The notes under the pieces are model-generated. The model worked only from the letters and a program-made list of their open reading frames with translations. It made no database searches and had not been told where the DNA came from. Both the position numbers and the translations under genes were made by a program. Shown here one piece after another: positions 1 to 10,104 of a stretch of 64,000 bases of DNA (position 1 is the stretch's first letter; each line of letters starts with the position of its first letter). Source of the stretch: a bacterium (GTDB lineage: Bacteria; Patescibacteriota; UBA1384; CAILIB01); the NCBI GenBank assembly GCA_037131105.1, contig JBAXRQ010000001.1, positions 637,465 through 701,464 on the forward strand, written 5' to 3'.

Positions 1-618
1 CGTGGGATCGAACTCCATCTGGTGCGCCTTCTCCAAGCTGGACAGCTTCCATTCCAGGTCAGAGACGATCTGATCCTTGTACTGGTTATCGTGCTCCAGC
101 GCCTGAGCGAGCCCTAGCAGATCACCCAGCTTCTTCTGCCGTCGCACCGTGTCCTTGCGGTAGACAAACCAGTCTTCGTCCATGCTAAAGGCCAGAGCCG
201 GATAATCAGCCATAGCCAGCTGGATGTCGGCCAGCAGCTTCACCGAGTCCTCCAAAAGCTTCGGGGAGGCTTGGCACTGCTGAGCAGGAGTCCCCGTGAG
301 AAATGACTGGAGATTGACAGGGCAGCCCTCTAGGACCCAGGTCAGCTCGCCGGAGACGGTGGGATAGTACTGGCTGACCGGCAGGCCCTTCTTGTGCAGG
401 TGCACGACCAGCTCGGGCTCATGGGCTACCCGCTCAAGAGGAAAGGTCGAGGTGAACTCCTTGAGGATATATGTGGAGCCAGAACCAGTCTCCACTTTCC
501 AGACATGGCCGGTGGACGAGCCGGCAAGCTCTGTGGCGCCGGACACGTCAGAGATACCGTAGCGCTCGGCTAGGGTCTGGGCGATCTTTTCGGCGGTAAA
601 AATTGTAGGGACCCGCAT
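1..618 (-). CDS. Aminoglycoside phosphotransferase / homoserine kinase type II-like kinase (runs off window start)
   Basis: Manual translation from ATG 618: MRVPTIFTAEKIAQTLAERYGISDVSGATELAGSSTGHVWKVETGSGSTYILKEF...HEPELVVHLHKKGLPV, typical APH N-lobe; open to position 1; not in ORF track. Confidence 0.7.
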   Translation of the reverse strand, partial: MRVPTIFTAEKIAQTLAERYGISDVSGATELAGSSTGHVWKVETGSGSTYILKEFTSTFPLERVAHEPELVVHLHKKGLPVSQYYPTVSGELTWVLEGCPVNLQSFLTGTPAQQCQASPKLLEDSVKLLADIQLAMADYPALAFSMDEDWFVYRKDTVRRQKKLGDLLGLAQALEHDNQYKDQIVSDLEWKLSSLEKAHQMEFDPT

Positions 619-694
619 ATAGGCTATCTTAGCAAGATATCGCCACGGCGCGAATATGGATATATAATCGATGCATATCACTAACCTCGTGCAC

Positions 695-1090
695 ATGGAC
701 GTAAACTACCTTGCAGTCGCCCTGGCCGCCCTATCAGCTTTCTTTCTAGGATTCCTTTGGTACACCGTCATCTTTGCCAAGCCCTGGATGGCTGAGATCG
801 GCATGAAGAACACCGACGGCAAGATGGAAGCACCGAACCTCGGTAAGCTGCTGGTCGGCTCATTCATCCTGGAGATCATCATGGCTTTCAACCTTGCCGC
901 CTTCATCGGCAAGGACGCCAGCTGGAGTTTTGGTCTGGGAGCCGGCCTTGCTGCGGGCCTTGGCTGGGTGGCACTGGCCTTCGGTGTTAACTATATGTTC
1001 GAAGGTAAGTCGTTCAAGCTCTGGCTGATCAACGCCGGCTACAACGTTGTGGTCTTTGCAGTCATGGGTCTGATCATCGGCGCCCTGTAA
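695..1090 (+). CDS. DUF1761 family membrane protein
   Basis: MDVNYLAVALAALSAFFLGFLWY...W...LWLINAGY pattern, 4 TM segments; start 695 preferred over 671. Confidence 0.8.
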   Translation: MDVNYLAVALAALSAFFLGFLWYTVIFAKPWMAEIGMKNTDGKMEAPNLGKLLVGSFILEIIMAFNLAAFIGKDASWSFGLGAGLAAGLGWVALAFGVNYMFEGKSFKLWLINAGYNVVVFAVMGLIIGAL

Positions 1091-1091
1091 T

Positions 1092-1274
1092 ATGAACCCA
1101 CCAAGCCTCGCCGATGGTGACACCTGCACAGTCATAGGGGGTACACACAGAGGAAAATCCGGCGTCGTCAGAGACCTCAAGAAAAGCGCCACCGGCGCCA
1201 TAACCCTTACCGTGGTGCAGGCAGATGGCGAACGGTTCAAGACACTGGCAAGAAACGTTAGAGTAACCCGCTAG
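1092..1274 (+). CDS. Small KOW-motif protein
   Basis: GDTCTVIGGTHRGKSGVV KOW motif. Confidence 0.75.
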   Translation: MNPPSLADGDTCTVIGGTHRGKSGVVRDLKKSATGAITLTVVQADGERFKTLARNVRVTR

Positions 1275-1321
1275 AACCATCCGAAAACAGCCTCCCAGCT
1301 GTTTTTTGGTATAGTGCCACT

Positions 1322-2464
1322 ATGCATATCGACCGCCGTCTCAGAAAACTTGAGAAGCCATTCAAGACTCTTAACCGGGTCGAGGTCTCCCGTGCCGCCG
1401 TGCTTCATAATTTCGACATCTTTCAGTCATTGATGCCAAGTGGCAGCCTCATCCCCGTCCTCAAGGCCAACGCCTACGGCCACGGATTGGTGCAGATCGC
1501 CGAGATACTGAAGGGGCGCAGCTTTCCGTATATTGCGGTGGACGGGTATTTCGAGGCCTTGCACATACGACAGGTCTCTCCCCAGCCCATTCTGGTCATG
1601 GGGGCCATTATGCCTGAGAATTTTAAGAGTATTAGGTTCAAGGATTTTACTTTTGTGGTGCATGACCAGCAGACCATCCAGGCCCTGGCAGATACCGGCA
1701 AGAAGATGACCGTCCACATCGAGCTTGAGACCGGCATGTCCCGGCACGGAATTTCCCTTGAGAAATTACCTGGGATCTTGAACGTATTACAAAAGTATCC
1801 CAAGCTTCGGGTCGAGGGAGTCATGAGCCATCTGGCTGATTCGGACAATCCGGATGAAGGATTCACCAAGGCCCAAGCCACTCGCTTTGACGAAGGAGTC
1901 GAGATCATTTTGGCACACGGATTCACGCCGACTCTTTTCCACCTGGCCCAGACCGCAGGCAGCGCCAAGCCCTTCTCAAAGCATGCCAATGCCATTAGGC
2001 CAGGCATCGGGCTGTATGGGATGAATCCGCTGGAAGAATCTGATCCTCAGTATTCGAAGCTTACAGGCCTTAAACCAGCCCTCACTCTCAAGAGCACAGT
2101 TACCAAGATCGTCGAAGTAGAATCTGGTGAGACGGTCAGCTACAGCCGGACCTTCAAGGCCAAGAAATCCACCCGGATCGGCGTCATCCCGGTGGGATAC
2201 TATGAAGGTCTGCCGCGTGCGCTCAGCAACAAGGGTAGCGTACTATGTAAGGGCAAGCCCCTACCTATCGCCGGCAGGATCAATATGAACCATACGATGG
2301 TTGACCTTGGGGATCTGCCAGTTGAGGTTGGTGATGAGATAGCGGTATTGGGTGGAGATGCAGGTACCGCGAGCTCCATCCAGACGCTAACCAAGGATTT
2401 CGGCCTGTTCCCCTATGAGACACTGGTTCACATCAGCGAGAGCATCAGAAGGGTCATCGTATAA
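1322..2464 (+). CDS. alr: Alanine racemase
   Basis: VLKANAYGHG PLP lysine motif, ETGMSRHG, MSHLA, RPGIGLYG, VSYSRTF. Confidence 0.95.
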   Translation: MHIDRRLRKLEKPFKTLNRVEVSRAAVLHNFDIFQSLMPSGSLIPVLKANAYGHGLVQIAEILKGRSFPYIAVDGYFEALHIRQVSPQPILVMGAIMPENFKSIRFKDFTFVVHDQQTIQALADTGKKMTVHIELETGMSRHGISLEKLPGILNVLQKYPKLRVEGVMSHLADSDNPDEGFTKAQATRFDEGVEIILAHGFTPTLFHLAQTAGSAKPFSKHANAIRPGIGLYGMNPLEESDPQYSKLTGLKPALTLKSTVTKIVEVESGETVSYSRTFKAKKSTRIGVIPVGYYEGLPRALSNKGSVLCKGKPLPIAGRINMNHTMVDLGDLPVEVGDEIAVLGGDAGTASSIQTLTKDFGLFPYETLVHISESIRRVIV

Positions 2465-2473
2465 TCGTCGGTT

Positions 2474-3061
2474 TTACCTCGTTACCCGTTTCTTAATATC
2501 GTCAAAAAATAGGCCATAGAGCTCCTGGATAACCGGATCGACTTTCACCAGCCGGTTAGTACTCTCAAACAGACTGTCGAGGACCGGCTGCTCTTCCTTG
2601 GTAAATACCCTCACATTCTCATTCAGGAACTGCAATTGCCCCTCTATCCGGTCCAAAGCTTTGAGTACCTTGGCCTCAACGGTCTTCTGCTCTTCAAACT
2701 CCATCCAGAGGGCATGTATCTCATCACTGTCGTTTCCTAGCGCGTTCCGGATGCTTTCCATGGCCTGGGATTCCTGCTCCTTTTTTTGGGTTCGCCTATC
2801 ATGATTGGCAATGTGCTCCAGCACCGAAACATCCTTCGCCTCGATCTCCACAAGGTCGTGGATAACCGCCATTTTCAACGTTTTCAAAAGATCGATGCGC
2901 ACCGACAGTTTCGACTCAATGAGAATCAGCAGTAGGCTGAGGCTCCAGCAATGTTCGGCCACACTTTCAGGCGTACCGTTACTCTTCGAGCTGCGGCGCA
3001 GCTCGGTCTTCAGCCCTTCGGCATAGCGCATGAAGTCGATGATTTTCTGGGTGTCGCTCAT
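2474..3061 (-). CDS. HD-domain hydrolase (YfbR/HDDC2-like 5'-deoxynucleotidase)
   Basis: ESVAEHCW, MAVIHDLVE, LWMEFE, EAKVLKALDRIE. Confidence 0.85.
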   Translation of the reverse strand: MSDTQKIIDFMRYAEGLKTELRRSSKSNGTPESVAEHCWSLSLLLILIESKLSVRIDLLKTLKMAVIHDLVEIEAKDVSVLEHIANHDRRTQKKEQESQAMESIRNALGNDSDEIHALWMEFEEQKTVEAKVLKALDRIEGQLQFLNENVRVFTKEEQPVLDSLFESTNRLVKVDPVIQELYGLFFDDIKKRVTR

Positions 3062-3069
3062 AACCTCTT

Positions 3070-3654
3070 CTAGCTACCGAATAGCTTCTTTAGAAAACGG
3101 TAGTCGCCCTCCATTTCCTGCTTCACCTCCTCAAACTGCAGCTTGTCATTCCAGTCGCGCTCAATTTTACTGAGAGCCCACGCCTTAATCTTCTGAAGCT
3201 CCTTCCCCTCCTTGCCACCGGAATATGTGGCAAACAAATAGAAATCCCCAGCCAGGTGCACGCATGAATCAGCCGTGGCTAGCACCTTACCTTCCGGACT
3301 TTTGGGCGCATTCCCGTCGTAGCACGAGTGGTTGGCTATGGCATCCCCGATCACGATTTCCATTTCCACTTCGGTAAAGCCTGCTTCCTCGAGGATTTCC
3401 TTTGCCATCTTGTCAGTCTCCTCCTCATGACGCTCATCGTCCCGCTTCATCACCGAATCAGCGAGATCATGTAGTAATGCAGCTGCTCGAGAGAGTTCCG
3501 CATTTGCTCCGAATCGTTCAGCCAGCTCGGTCGCCTTGTCGGCCACCAGGAACACATGTCCGGCATACATCCAGTCGGCCCAGTCAGCCCTGCCCGGATG
3601 CTTGGCCAGATACTGCTCTTTGACCCGCTCTTCTACCACTGAGATCCTGCTCAT
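3070..3654 (-). CDS. HD-domain metal-dependent phosphohydrolase
   Basis: GHVFLV, AALLHDL, IANHS, EGKVLATAD. Confidence 0.85.
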   Translation of the reverse strand: MSRISVVEERVKEQYLAKHPGRADWADWMYAGHVFLVADKATELAERFGANAELSRAAALLHDLADSVMKRDDERHEEETDKMAKEILEEAGFTEVEMEIVIGDAIANHSCYDGNAPKSPEGKVLATADSCVHLAGDFYLFATYSGGKEGKELQKIKAWALSKIERDWNDKLQFEEVKQEMEGDYRFLKKLFGS

Positions 3655-3802
3655 AGTGTGAAAGATTATGTTCTGCGCCTAATCTTACCTATTCTTTTAC
3701 CTTCCTGCTATACTCCCCACTGCCTGATGTCACTTTTTCCAACTGAAATGAAAGAAGGCCCGCCGATGCTATACGGCGAGCCTTCCCGGACTGTGTCCTT
3801 CC

Positions 3803-4225
3803 CTAGTTCCTTGCGACGATATCTTCACGGATTGGCGTCGAATCGCATCCTTCGCCTGTTAGCACGTTTACGCAAAGACCTGACTGGTTGTAGACGGCAT
3901 GTTCGAGCGTCCACTCCCATTGTTCACAGCGCAGCTTTCCAGAAACTGACACTCTGGGAAAGAAATTGCCATCTGGCCTAATAAGCACAGAGCCGTCTAT
4001 CCTTTGCTCACTCGAGGAATCCTCGGCCATGGTGACAACTACCCCCTCAAAAGCATACCGGTACTCACCAGCATCTGATTCGGCCTCCTCGTCCCTGCAA
4101 CGCACCTGGGTAAGCTTCAAAGAACTGAGATAACCCCTCTTATGCCTGTAGGCCAGTACCTGCGCCACTGCGTCATCGACAATCCGATGAGCCAACAGGA
4201 CGCCCTTAGTCAACTGAATCTTCAT
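3803..4225 (-). CDS. Hypothetical protein
   Basis: SD-like AGGGAG before ATG 4225; upstream TTGACA-17-TATGAT promoter; no recognisable motif. Confidence 0.5.
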   Translation of the reverse strand: MKIQLTKGVLLAHRIVDDAVAQVLAYRHKRGYLSSLKLTQVRCRDEEAESDAGEYRYAFEGVVVTMAEDSSSEQRIDGSVLIRPDGNFFPRVSVSGKLRCEQWEWTLEHAVYNQSGLCVNVLTGEGCDSTPIREDIVARN

Positions 4226-4653
4226 AACTCCCTCCCGTATCAGGAAGCGTACTGTGCAGTATGGATTTACACAACACGTCTGCCGTATCAGCAGAGAATT
4301 ACCAGGAGGATGTCCGGGCAATTCACTACTGAAAGCGATGGCTTATCATAGGCAATAGTAAGCGAACTGTCAAGATGGCCACCCTATCGGCATACCCTTC
4401 ACTTTTCTACATTTCTGATACCTTATCGCCCCGATTGCCGCGTGCAATAGGACCGTAAGCACGAAAACACCGGTTCTTTTGTCACTACATGAAAGTAACT
4501 GGGCCATAAACATGTCGCTAAGGATGAGCTTTCTGATCTGAAGATTCAATAATTGCTTCTGGGGAGATATCCGTAGAAAGGATTTCAAACAGAAACAGGA
4601 GGCACCTCTCGGTACCTCCTGCCACAATTACACCCTCACTTAATCGCTCGGTA

Positions 4654-5322
4654 TTAATCCCGCTCTCGCCAGTCCTTGCCCTGGGGCGGGACATACGTCA
4701 AGTACTCGCAAAACGCCTTCATCCACCGCCACGGGCCATACCCGCTACCAAGACTGACATGTCGGGCGCCATCCAAGATATACAGTTCGGCTCCCAGGCG
4801 CTCAGCAAATGCAGCGAAATGGTCTTCTCCGCCATAGAAGTCGTTTTCACCGCAGATCATCCACGTCTTGCCTCCGCCGCCCACGGCAGTACGGATCCAG
4901 CCCGCCTGAGCCTTGCTTGGCGGTATGAAGTCGCGCACGCAGGGAGGCATTCCACCCGGAACCATACCTGGGGAGATATAGCAGGGCGAGACAAAGATGA
5001 TCCGGTCGGCGACAAAACTTTGGCTTCTCAGCCTGGCGAGTGCGTGCATAAGGGCCACGGCACCGAGGCTGAATCCAATGATGGTGACATCTTTCCAGTG
5101 GGGCAGCCCCTTCAGGATGTTCACGATATCTGCAACCCATTTCTGGAGATTCGGATTCTTGGGTCGCACCAGGTTTGGATATATCACCGTATGCCCTGCT
5201 GCGATAAGTTCCGCCGCCAAATCGTTCAACCAGGTGTCGACGCCGTCATCGTTCGGCTTGCCCTTCCCACCGAGGCCATGAAGCAGGACATAGGTCCTTT
5301 TCTTCTCTGTGCTGATCGCCAT
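4654..5322 (-). CDS. RBBP9/YdeN family alpha/beta hydrolase
   Basis: VLLHGLGG, GFSLG nucleophile elbow, GENDFY, ARH, GYGPW. Confidence 0.8.
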   Translation of the reverse strand: MAISTEKKRTYVLLHGLGGKGKPNDDGVDTWLNDLAAELIAAGHTVIYPNLVRPKNPNLQKWVADIVNILKGLPHWKDVTIIGFSLGAVALMHALARLRSQSFVADRIIFVSPCYISPGMVPGGMPPCVRDFIPPSKAQAGWIRTAVGGGGKTWMICGENDFYGGEDHFAAFAERLGAELYILDGARHVSLGSGYGPWRWMKAFCEYLTYVPPQGKDWRERD

Positions 5323-5460
5323 ATTCTCTCACGCTCCATTCATATGATGTCAGCTAACATAGGTAAACCGATCACGACAGACAATACCAGATTATAATCA
5401 TTTTTCAACCCTGGCATAGTACTTTTGATATAGTGATAACGCCATACCTAACTTTTTCCC

Positions 5461-5826
5461 ATGAAACCCCATACCGGCCAGTGCCTCTGCGGATCCGTGA
5501 AATACACCCTTCCGGGTGAGCTTTCCGGCGTAATCAGCTGCCACTGCAAGGACTGCCAGCGCCTGCACGGCATCTACAACCCCATGGTAGTCGTCCCCCG
5601 GAACGATCTCATTCTTACTGAGGAGAAGGGACTGGCCTGGTATCCGAGCTCAGAGGAGAGTGAACGCGGCTTCTGCAAGAAATGCGGGTCAGCCCTGTTT
5701 ATGCGTACCGAGGCTAGGGCCCTGGTATCCGCCGGCAGCTTGGACGACCCGACGGGACTTAAAAATCTCAAAAATATCTTTACCGACGACGCAGGAGAAT
5801 ATTACGATCTTCCCGCCGAAGCGTAA
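5461..5826 (+). CDS. GFA family (CENP-V-like) Zn protein
   Basis: GQCLCGSVKY, CHCKDCQR, RGFCKKCGS. Confidence 0.9.
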   Translation: MKPHTGQCLCGSVKYTLPGELSGVISCHCKDCQRLHGIYNPMVVVPRNDLILTEEKGLAWYPSSEESERGFCKKCGSALFMRTEARALVSAGSLDDPTGLKNLKNIFTDDAGEYYDLPAEA

Positions 5827-5897
5827 AGCGCTCATTCGCAAAACCGACGCCTGGCCAGAAGCCAGACGCCGGTCGACGGTTACCCCCCATAGCCAAT

Positions 5898-6620
5898 TTA
5901 ACCAAGCGGCGCTTCAATATACTGCCTGTGGCGTTCCTGGATGGCCAGGGTATTGGCGTCCTGCTGGGCCCGGCGCACCGGATCGGTAGATATCTGCTCC
6001 CCGTGCATGCGATAGACCATAAGTGGCTGATCAATATAAAGGAAGCTGCGACGACGATCGGACAGCGAGAGCCAGAGGTCATAGTCAACGGCTGACTGCA
6101 GCTCTTCATTGTATCCCACCTCTACCACCAACTCACGGCGGTACACCACCGACCCGTGCGGGATATGGTTCTTGGTATACAGAAGCTCACGGTCGTAGAC
6201 CTGCCAGGACTTCCAAATAAAGAAGTCGTAGGTCCCGTCATTCACGCAGTAGATAGTACTATAGAAAACGTCGACGTCGGGATTAGCCTCGATGGCTGCT
6301 GCCATAGTCTGAAGCCTGAGAGGCAGATTGATATCGTCCGAGTCTGCCACTGCCACCCAATCGGCCCGGGCCTCACGATTACCTAGGTTACGCGAGGCAG
6401 AGATCCCCGGCTTTCCCTCGTTCTTGATATATCTAAAACGCGGCTCATTGAACCCACCGACCGTCGCCGCGATATCCTCAGTGCTGTGGTCGTCGACAAT
6501 GACACACTCCCAGTCGGCAAAGGTCTGCCGCTGCAGCGACTTCAGGGCCTGGGCCAGAAAGTCCGGTCGGTTCTTCACACATATGACCACCGAGATACGC
6601 GGCTTCTCTGTTGATTCCAT
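5898..6620 (-). CDS. Glycosyltransferase family 2
   Basis: ISVVICVKN, IVDDHS, SRNLG, DSDD, VDYDLW. Confidence 0.9.
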   Translation of the reverse strand: MESTEKPRISVVICVKNRPDFLAQALKSLQRQTFADWECVIVDDHSTEDIAATVGGFNEPRFRYIKNEGKPGISASRNLGNREARADWVAVADSDDINLPLRLQTMAAAIEANPDVDVFYSTIYCVNDGTYDFFIWKSWQVYDRELLYTKNHIPHGSVVYRRELVVEVGYNEELQSAVDYDLWLSLSDRRRSFLYIDQPLMVYRMHGEQISTDPVRRAQQDANTLAIQERHRQYIEAPLG

Positions 6621-6739
6621 AGAAAAAGACTAGGTATGTACCGGCTCACCATACCGTAATCACTAGGAAATTGCATTAGATGCGTGCAACTGTCCCCACT
6701 CTTCCCTATAATGAAGGTCAATCGCGAACCGCACCGACT

Positions 6740-7801
6740 ATGAAGATCGCTCTCCTGGCCCCTGCCGAACACCTCGTCCCGCCCATTACCTACGGTGGGA
6801 AGGAGTTGGTGATAGCCGAACTAGCCAATGGGCTGGTGGAAGCCGGCCACGAGGTGCATCTGTACGCCGCTCAAGGCTCTCAAACCAAGGCTACGCTGCA
6901 TAGCATAGCGGAGCAGACCATTCCAGCCCTTCTTGCAGACCTGGGTGAGTCAGAGAATCATAAGCTACACCTGGCCTACAGCCAGTCTGTATGTGCTAGG
7001 ACAGTGGAGATGGTTCGCGGCGAATCATATGACATCATCCACAACCACCAGCACTGGCAGTACGCCACCCTGGCTCATCTTTTTGACTGTCCACTGGTCA
7101 CCACGTGGCATACCGACCTGCGGGAGCAGTACGCACGCATGCTGGAAGAAATGTATCCTCATGGCAATTATGTCTCTATATCCGACAGCCAGCGCCGCGC
7201 CCGTCCCGGCATGCATTTTCTGGCCACAGCCTATAACGGCATCGAGATGGATATCTACCCTTTCAATCCCGACCCGCAGGATTACCTGGCGTTTCTAGGA
7301 AGGATCTCACCTGACAAAGGCGTGGTGCAGGCAATAGACACGGCTATAGCTGCCAGTATCAGACTGAAGATCGGCGGCTACATCGCTCCAGCCGAACGGA
7401 CTTATTTTGAGAATGAAATCAGGCCTCGTATTGACGGCGACAGGATCCAGTTCCTGGGCGAGATGAACCATTCCCAAAAAGTGGAGCTGCTTGGTGGTGC
7501 GCAGGCGGTGCTCGGCCTGGTACAATGGGAGGAGCCCTTCGGTATGTTCGTGGTCGAGGCCCTGGCCTGCGGTACTCCGGTCATCGCCACCCGCCGCGGC
7601 GCCATTCCCGAGATACTAGAAGACCGCCGAAACGGGTTTATAGTAGAAAACACTATCGAAGCTGCAGTGGGAGCCATCAAGAGGATCGGCGAGATCAGTC
7701 GCCAAGAATGCCGCTCAAGCGTGGAGCAGCGTTTCAGCGCCTCCAGCATGACCACAGCCTACGAAGCAGTCTACCACTCACTGACCAGCCCTAACCGTTA
7801 G
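6740..7801 (+). CDS. Glycosyltransferase family 4
   Basis: MKIALLAP..VPPITYGG, FLGRISPDKG, WEEPFGMFVVEALACGTPV. Confidence 0.9.
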   Translation: MKIALLAPAEHLVPPITYGGKELVIAELANGLVEAGHEVHLYAAQGSQTKATLHSIAEQTIPALLADLGESENHKLHLAYSQSVCARTVEMVRGESYDIIHNHQHWQYATLAHLFDCPLVTTWHTDLREQYARMLEEMYPHGNYVSISDSQRRARPGMHFLATAYNGIEMDIYPFNPDPQDYLAFLGRISPDKGVVQAIDTAIAASIRLKIGGYIAPAERTYFENEIRPRIDGDRIQFLGEMNHSQKVELLGGAQAVLGLVQWEEPFGMFVVEALACGTPVIATRRGAIPEILEDRRNGFIVENTIEAAVGAIKRIGEISRQECRSSVEQRFSASSMTTAYEAVYHSLTSPNR

Positions 7802-7803
7802 CC

Positions 7804-8598
7804 ATGCCCAGCATCAGCGCCATCCTGCCCTGCTACAACCAAGGAGCCTTCTTGGATGAGGCGGTGCAGAGCCTGTTGGCCCAGAGCCTGGTGCCTGATG
7901 AGATCATCATCATTGATGACGGCTCCACTGAACCTGAGACGCTAGCAGTACTGGAAAAATCCTCCTGGCCCAAGACCCGGGTCATCCGCCAGGACAATGC
8001 CGGAGTATCTGCCGCCCGCAATGCCGGCATATCTGACTCGAAGGGAGACTATATAGTAAACCTAGACAGTGACGACAGGTTCGACCCGACGTTCCTAGAA
8101 AAAGCCTCCCAAATCCTGGACTCAGACGAGAAGGTCGGTGCCGTGGGAAGCTGGGTAGAAGTATTCGGCTCCCGCACCGGCACCTGGAAGCCCGTCGGCG
8201 GAACGACGGCTGACTTTCTGAGTGAAAACCAGTGCACCTCAAACAACCTGTTCCGTCGCACTTTCTGGGAAAAAACCGGAGGCTTCGATGAGACTATGAA
8301 AAAGGGTTTTGAGGACTGGGAGTTCTGGCTACACGGTACTTCTCTAGGCTGGTCAGTGAGCATCATCCCCGAGGTCCTGACCTTTTACCGAAAAAAGGAC
8401 GTCAAGTCAGGTATGGCCGTTGCTTATGAGAACAAGCCTGAGATCGTCGCTTACATCGCCAAGAAGCATCTGGCCCTGTACCAGGAGCACGTAGTACGGG
8501 TGCTTAAGGAAAAAGAAGAGCTGGTGCAGCGGGTATATAACTCTCCAGTGTACACGGCAGGACTGGAAGTACTCGGCAAAAACCATCCCCTTTCTTGA
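7804..8598 (+). CDS. Glycosyltransferase family 2
   Basis: ILPCYN, IDDGS, ARNAG, LDSDD, GGFDE, EDWEFW. Confidence 0.9.
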   Translation: MPSISAILPCYNQGAFLDEAVQSLLAQSLVPDEIIIIDDGSTEPETLAVLEKSSWPKTRVIRQDNAGVSAARNAGISDSKGDYIVNLDSDDRFDPTFLEKASQILDSDEKVGAVGSWVEVFGSRTGTWKPVGGTTADFLSENQCTSNNLFRRTFWEKTGGFDETMKKGFEDWEFWLHGTSLGWSVSIIPEVLTFYRKKDVKSGMAVAYENKPEIVAYIAKKHLALYQEHVVRVLKEKEELVQRVYNSPVYTAGLEVLGKNHPLS

Positions 8599-8602
8599 GG
8601 TC

Positions 8603-9325
8603 ATGCACCCCCTGTACCACGTCTCCCACCGTTCCGCCGGAAACATGTCCTACCACCTTGGTGACGAGAAGGAGACCTCCGCAAATCGCACAGCGTTCAT
8701 AGCCCTCCAAAAGGTCCCCGCAGAGCAGGTTGTGGCCGCCCATCTCTCGGGAAATCGGCGCGTTCACGAGGTAGGCAGGCACCAATGGGGCGCCGGTGTC
8801 TTCAAAGCCGAAGACGCCGTTCCGGCCGACATCTTGGTCAGCAAGGACCCGGAGACCTTTCTCTTCATCAATGTGGCTGACTGCCTGGCCCTAGGGTTTT
8901 TTGACCGTGAGAACCATATCTGCGCCCTCACCCATGCCGGCTACCGGGGAGTGAGCCGACATATGCCGCGGCAGACCGTGGAGTGGATGGTGGATCATTA
9001 CGGTTCCAATCCCCAGAAGATCCACGTCCGCGTGTCGCCGGCCATCCACAAGGAATGCTACGCCTTCCCCGACCGCACCCTGTTTAGGGCTACCGCTTGG
9101 GACGAGTACCTCTACCCCGCCCTGGGTGGTGGCTTTCATGCTGACTGGATACGCTTCGCTCTGGACGAGCTGGCCAAATGCGGCATCCACAGTAGAAACA
9201 TCCAGCAGTCCCATTTCAACACCTACACCAACCATTATTTCTATTCCCACCAGCGCCAGATTGAGCAGAAGGCACTGGAAGAGCCTGAGAAGGGAAACTA
9301 CGGGGTACTGGCCGGCTGGGAGTAA
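8603..9325 (+). CDS. YfiH/PgeF family (laccase-domain, purine nucleoside phosphorylase-like) protein
   Basis: GNMSYHLGD, NVADC, HAGYRG, SPAI..CY, FYSHQR. Confidence 0.8.
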   Translation: MHPLYHVSHRSAGNMSYHLGDEKETSANRTAFIALQKVPAEQVVAAHLSGNRRVHEVGRHQWGAGVFKAEDAVPADILVSKDPETFLFINVADCLALGFFDRENHICALTHAGYRGVSRHMPRQTVEWMVDHYGSNPQKIHVRVSPAIHKECYAFPDRTLFRATAWDEYLYPALGGGFHADWIRFALDELAKCGIHSRNIQQSHFNTYTNHYFYSHQRQIEQKALEEPEKGNYGVLAGWE

Positions 9326-9393
9326 CAAAAAGAGCCGGCCGTTGAAATGATCAACGACCGGCCCCCGGACTCAACAACCGTCCTTCGGAACTC

Positions 9394-9948
9394 TTACGCG
9401 CGCAAGGCCTGCAATATCCGGATGAGGTACTTCAGATGAACGTCTACCTTCCCGTTCATCTTAAGGCAGAAAGCATCGATCATCTGGTGAGTAGCCAAGC
9501 CGTGGAAGCGAATTTCCTCGGTGCCAAGGCCTGTCACCCGGAAGTCGAGCTCAATGTCGTACTTCTCAATCAGATACTTTGCAAGCGCCACTACCCGCTC
9601 AAACTGAAGCTCATTCCCATCAAGATCGGCAGCGTTCTGCCCTTGGATCTCAATGCCGATGCAACTTTCGTTGCCTTCAGCTTTGGCATGCCGGCACCAG
9701 GTATGCGGCTCAGGGACGCACTGGATTATGTCACCATCCGCCATTACGGCAAACTGAACCGACAAAGGCTCGACACCCTCCCGATACAACAGACGGGACA
9801 GGTGCTCAATGCCGCCTTTTTCAATGGGCTCTTGCCACCAGTGAAACACTAAACAGGTCGACTTGATCGTCCTGTCCGGATCCACCCAATGGCATATGGG
9901 CGCCACTTGAATGTCCAAGCCCTCTTTTGGAGTATCCAAATCCCTCAC
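9394..9948 (-). CDS. N-acetylmuramoyl-L-alanine amidase (Amidase_2-like)
   Basis: LVFHW, DGDIIQCV, RHA..GNESCIGIEIQG, THQMI, KVD; SD-led GTG start. Confidence 0.75.
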   Translation of the reverse strand: MRDLDTPKEGLDIQVAPICHWVDPDRTIKSTCLVFHWWQEPIEKGGIEHLSRLLYREGVEPLSVQFAVMADGDIIQCVPEPHTWCRHAKAEGNESCIGIEIQGQNAADLDGNELQFERVVALAKYLIEKYDIELDFRVTGLGTEEIRFHGLATHQMIDAFCLKMNGKVDVHLKYLIRILQALRA

Positions 9949-10104
9949 CTCTTCCTCTTCTCTGCTCCTGGCTCGCCAGGCACCTGTTTTTCTTCAATCA
10001 GGAATTAATGGGTGACAGTACCATTTTTCAGGTGAAATGTCAATTCACTAGCCCCACTTCCCTACCTTTTTGCTATAGTCATCCTAGTACCCGCTAACCT
10101 CCTT

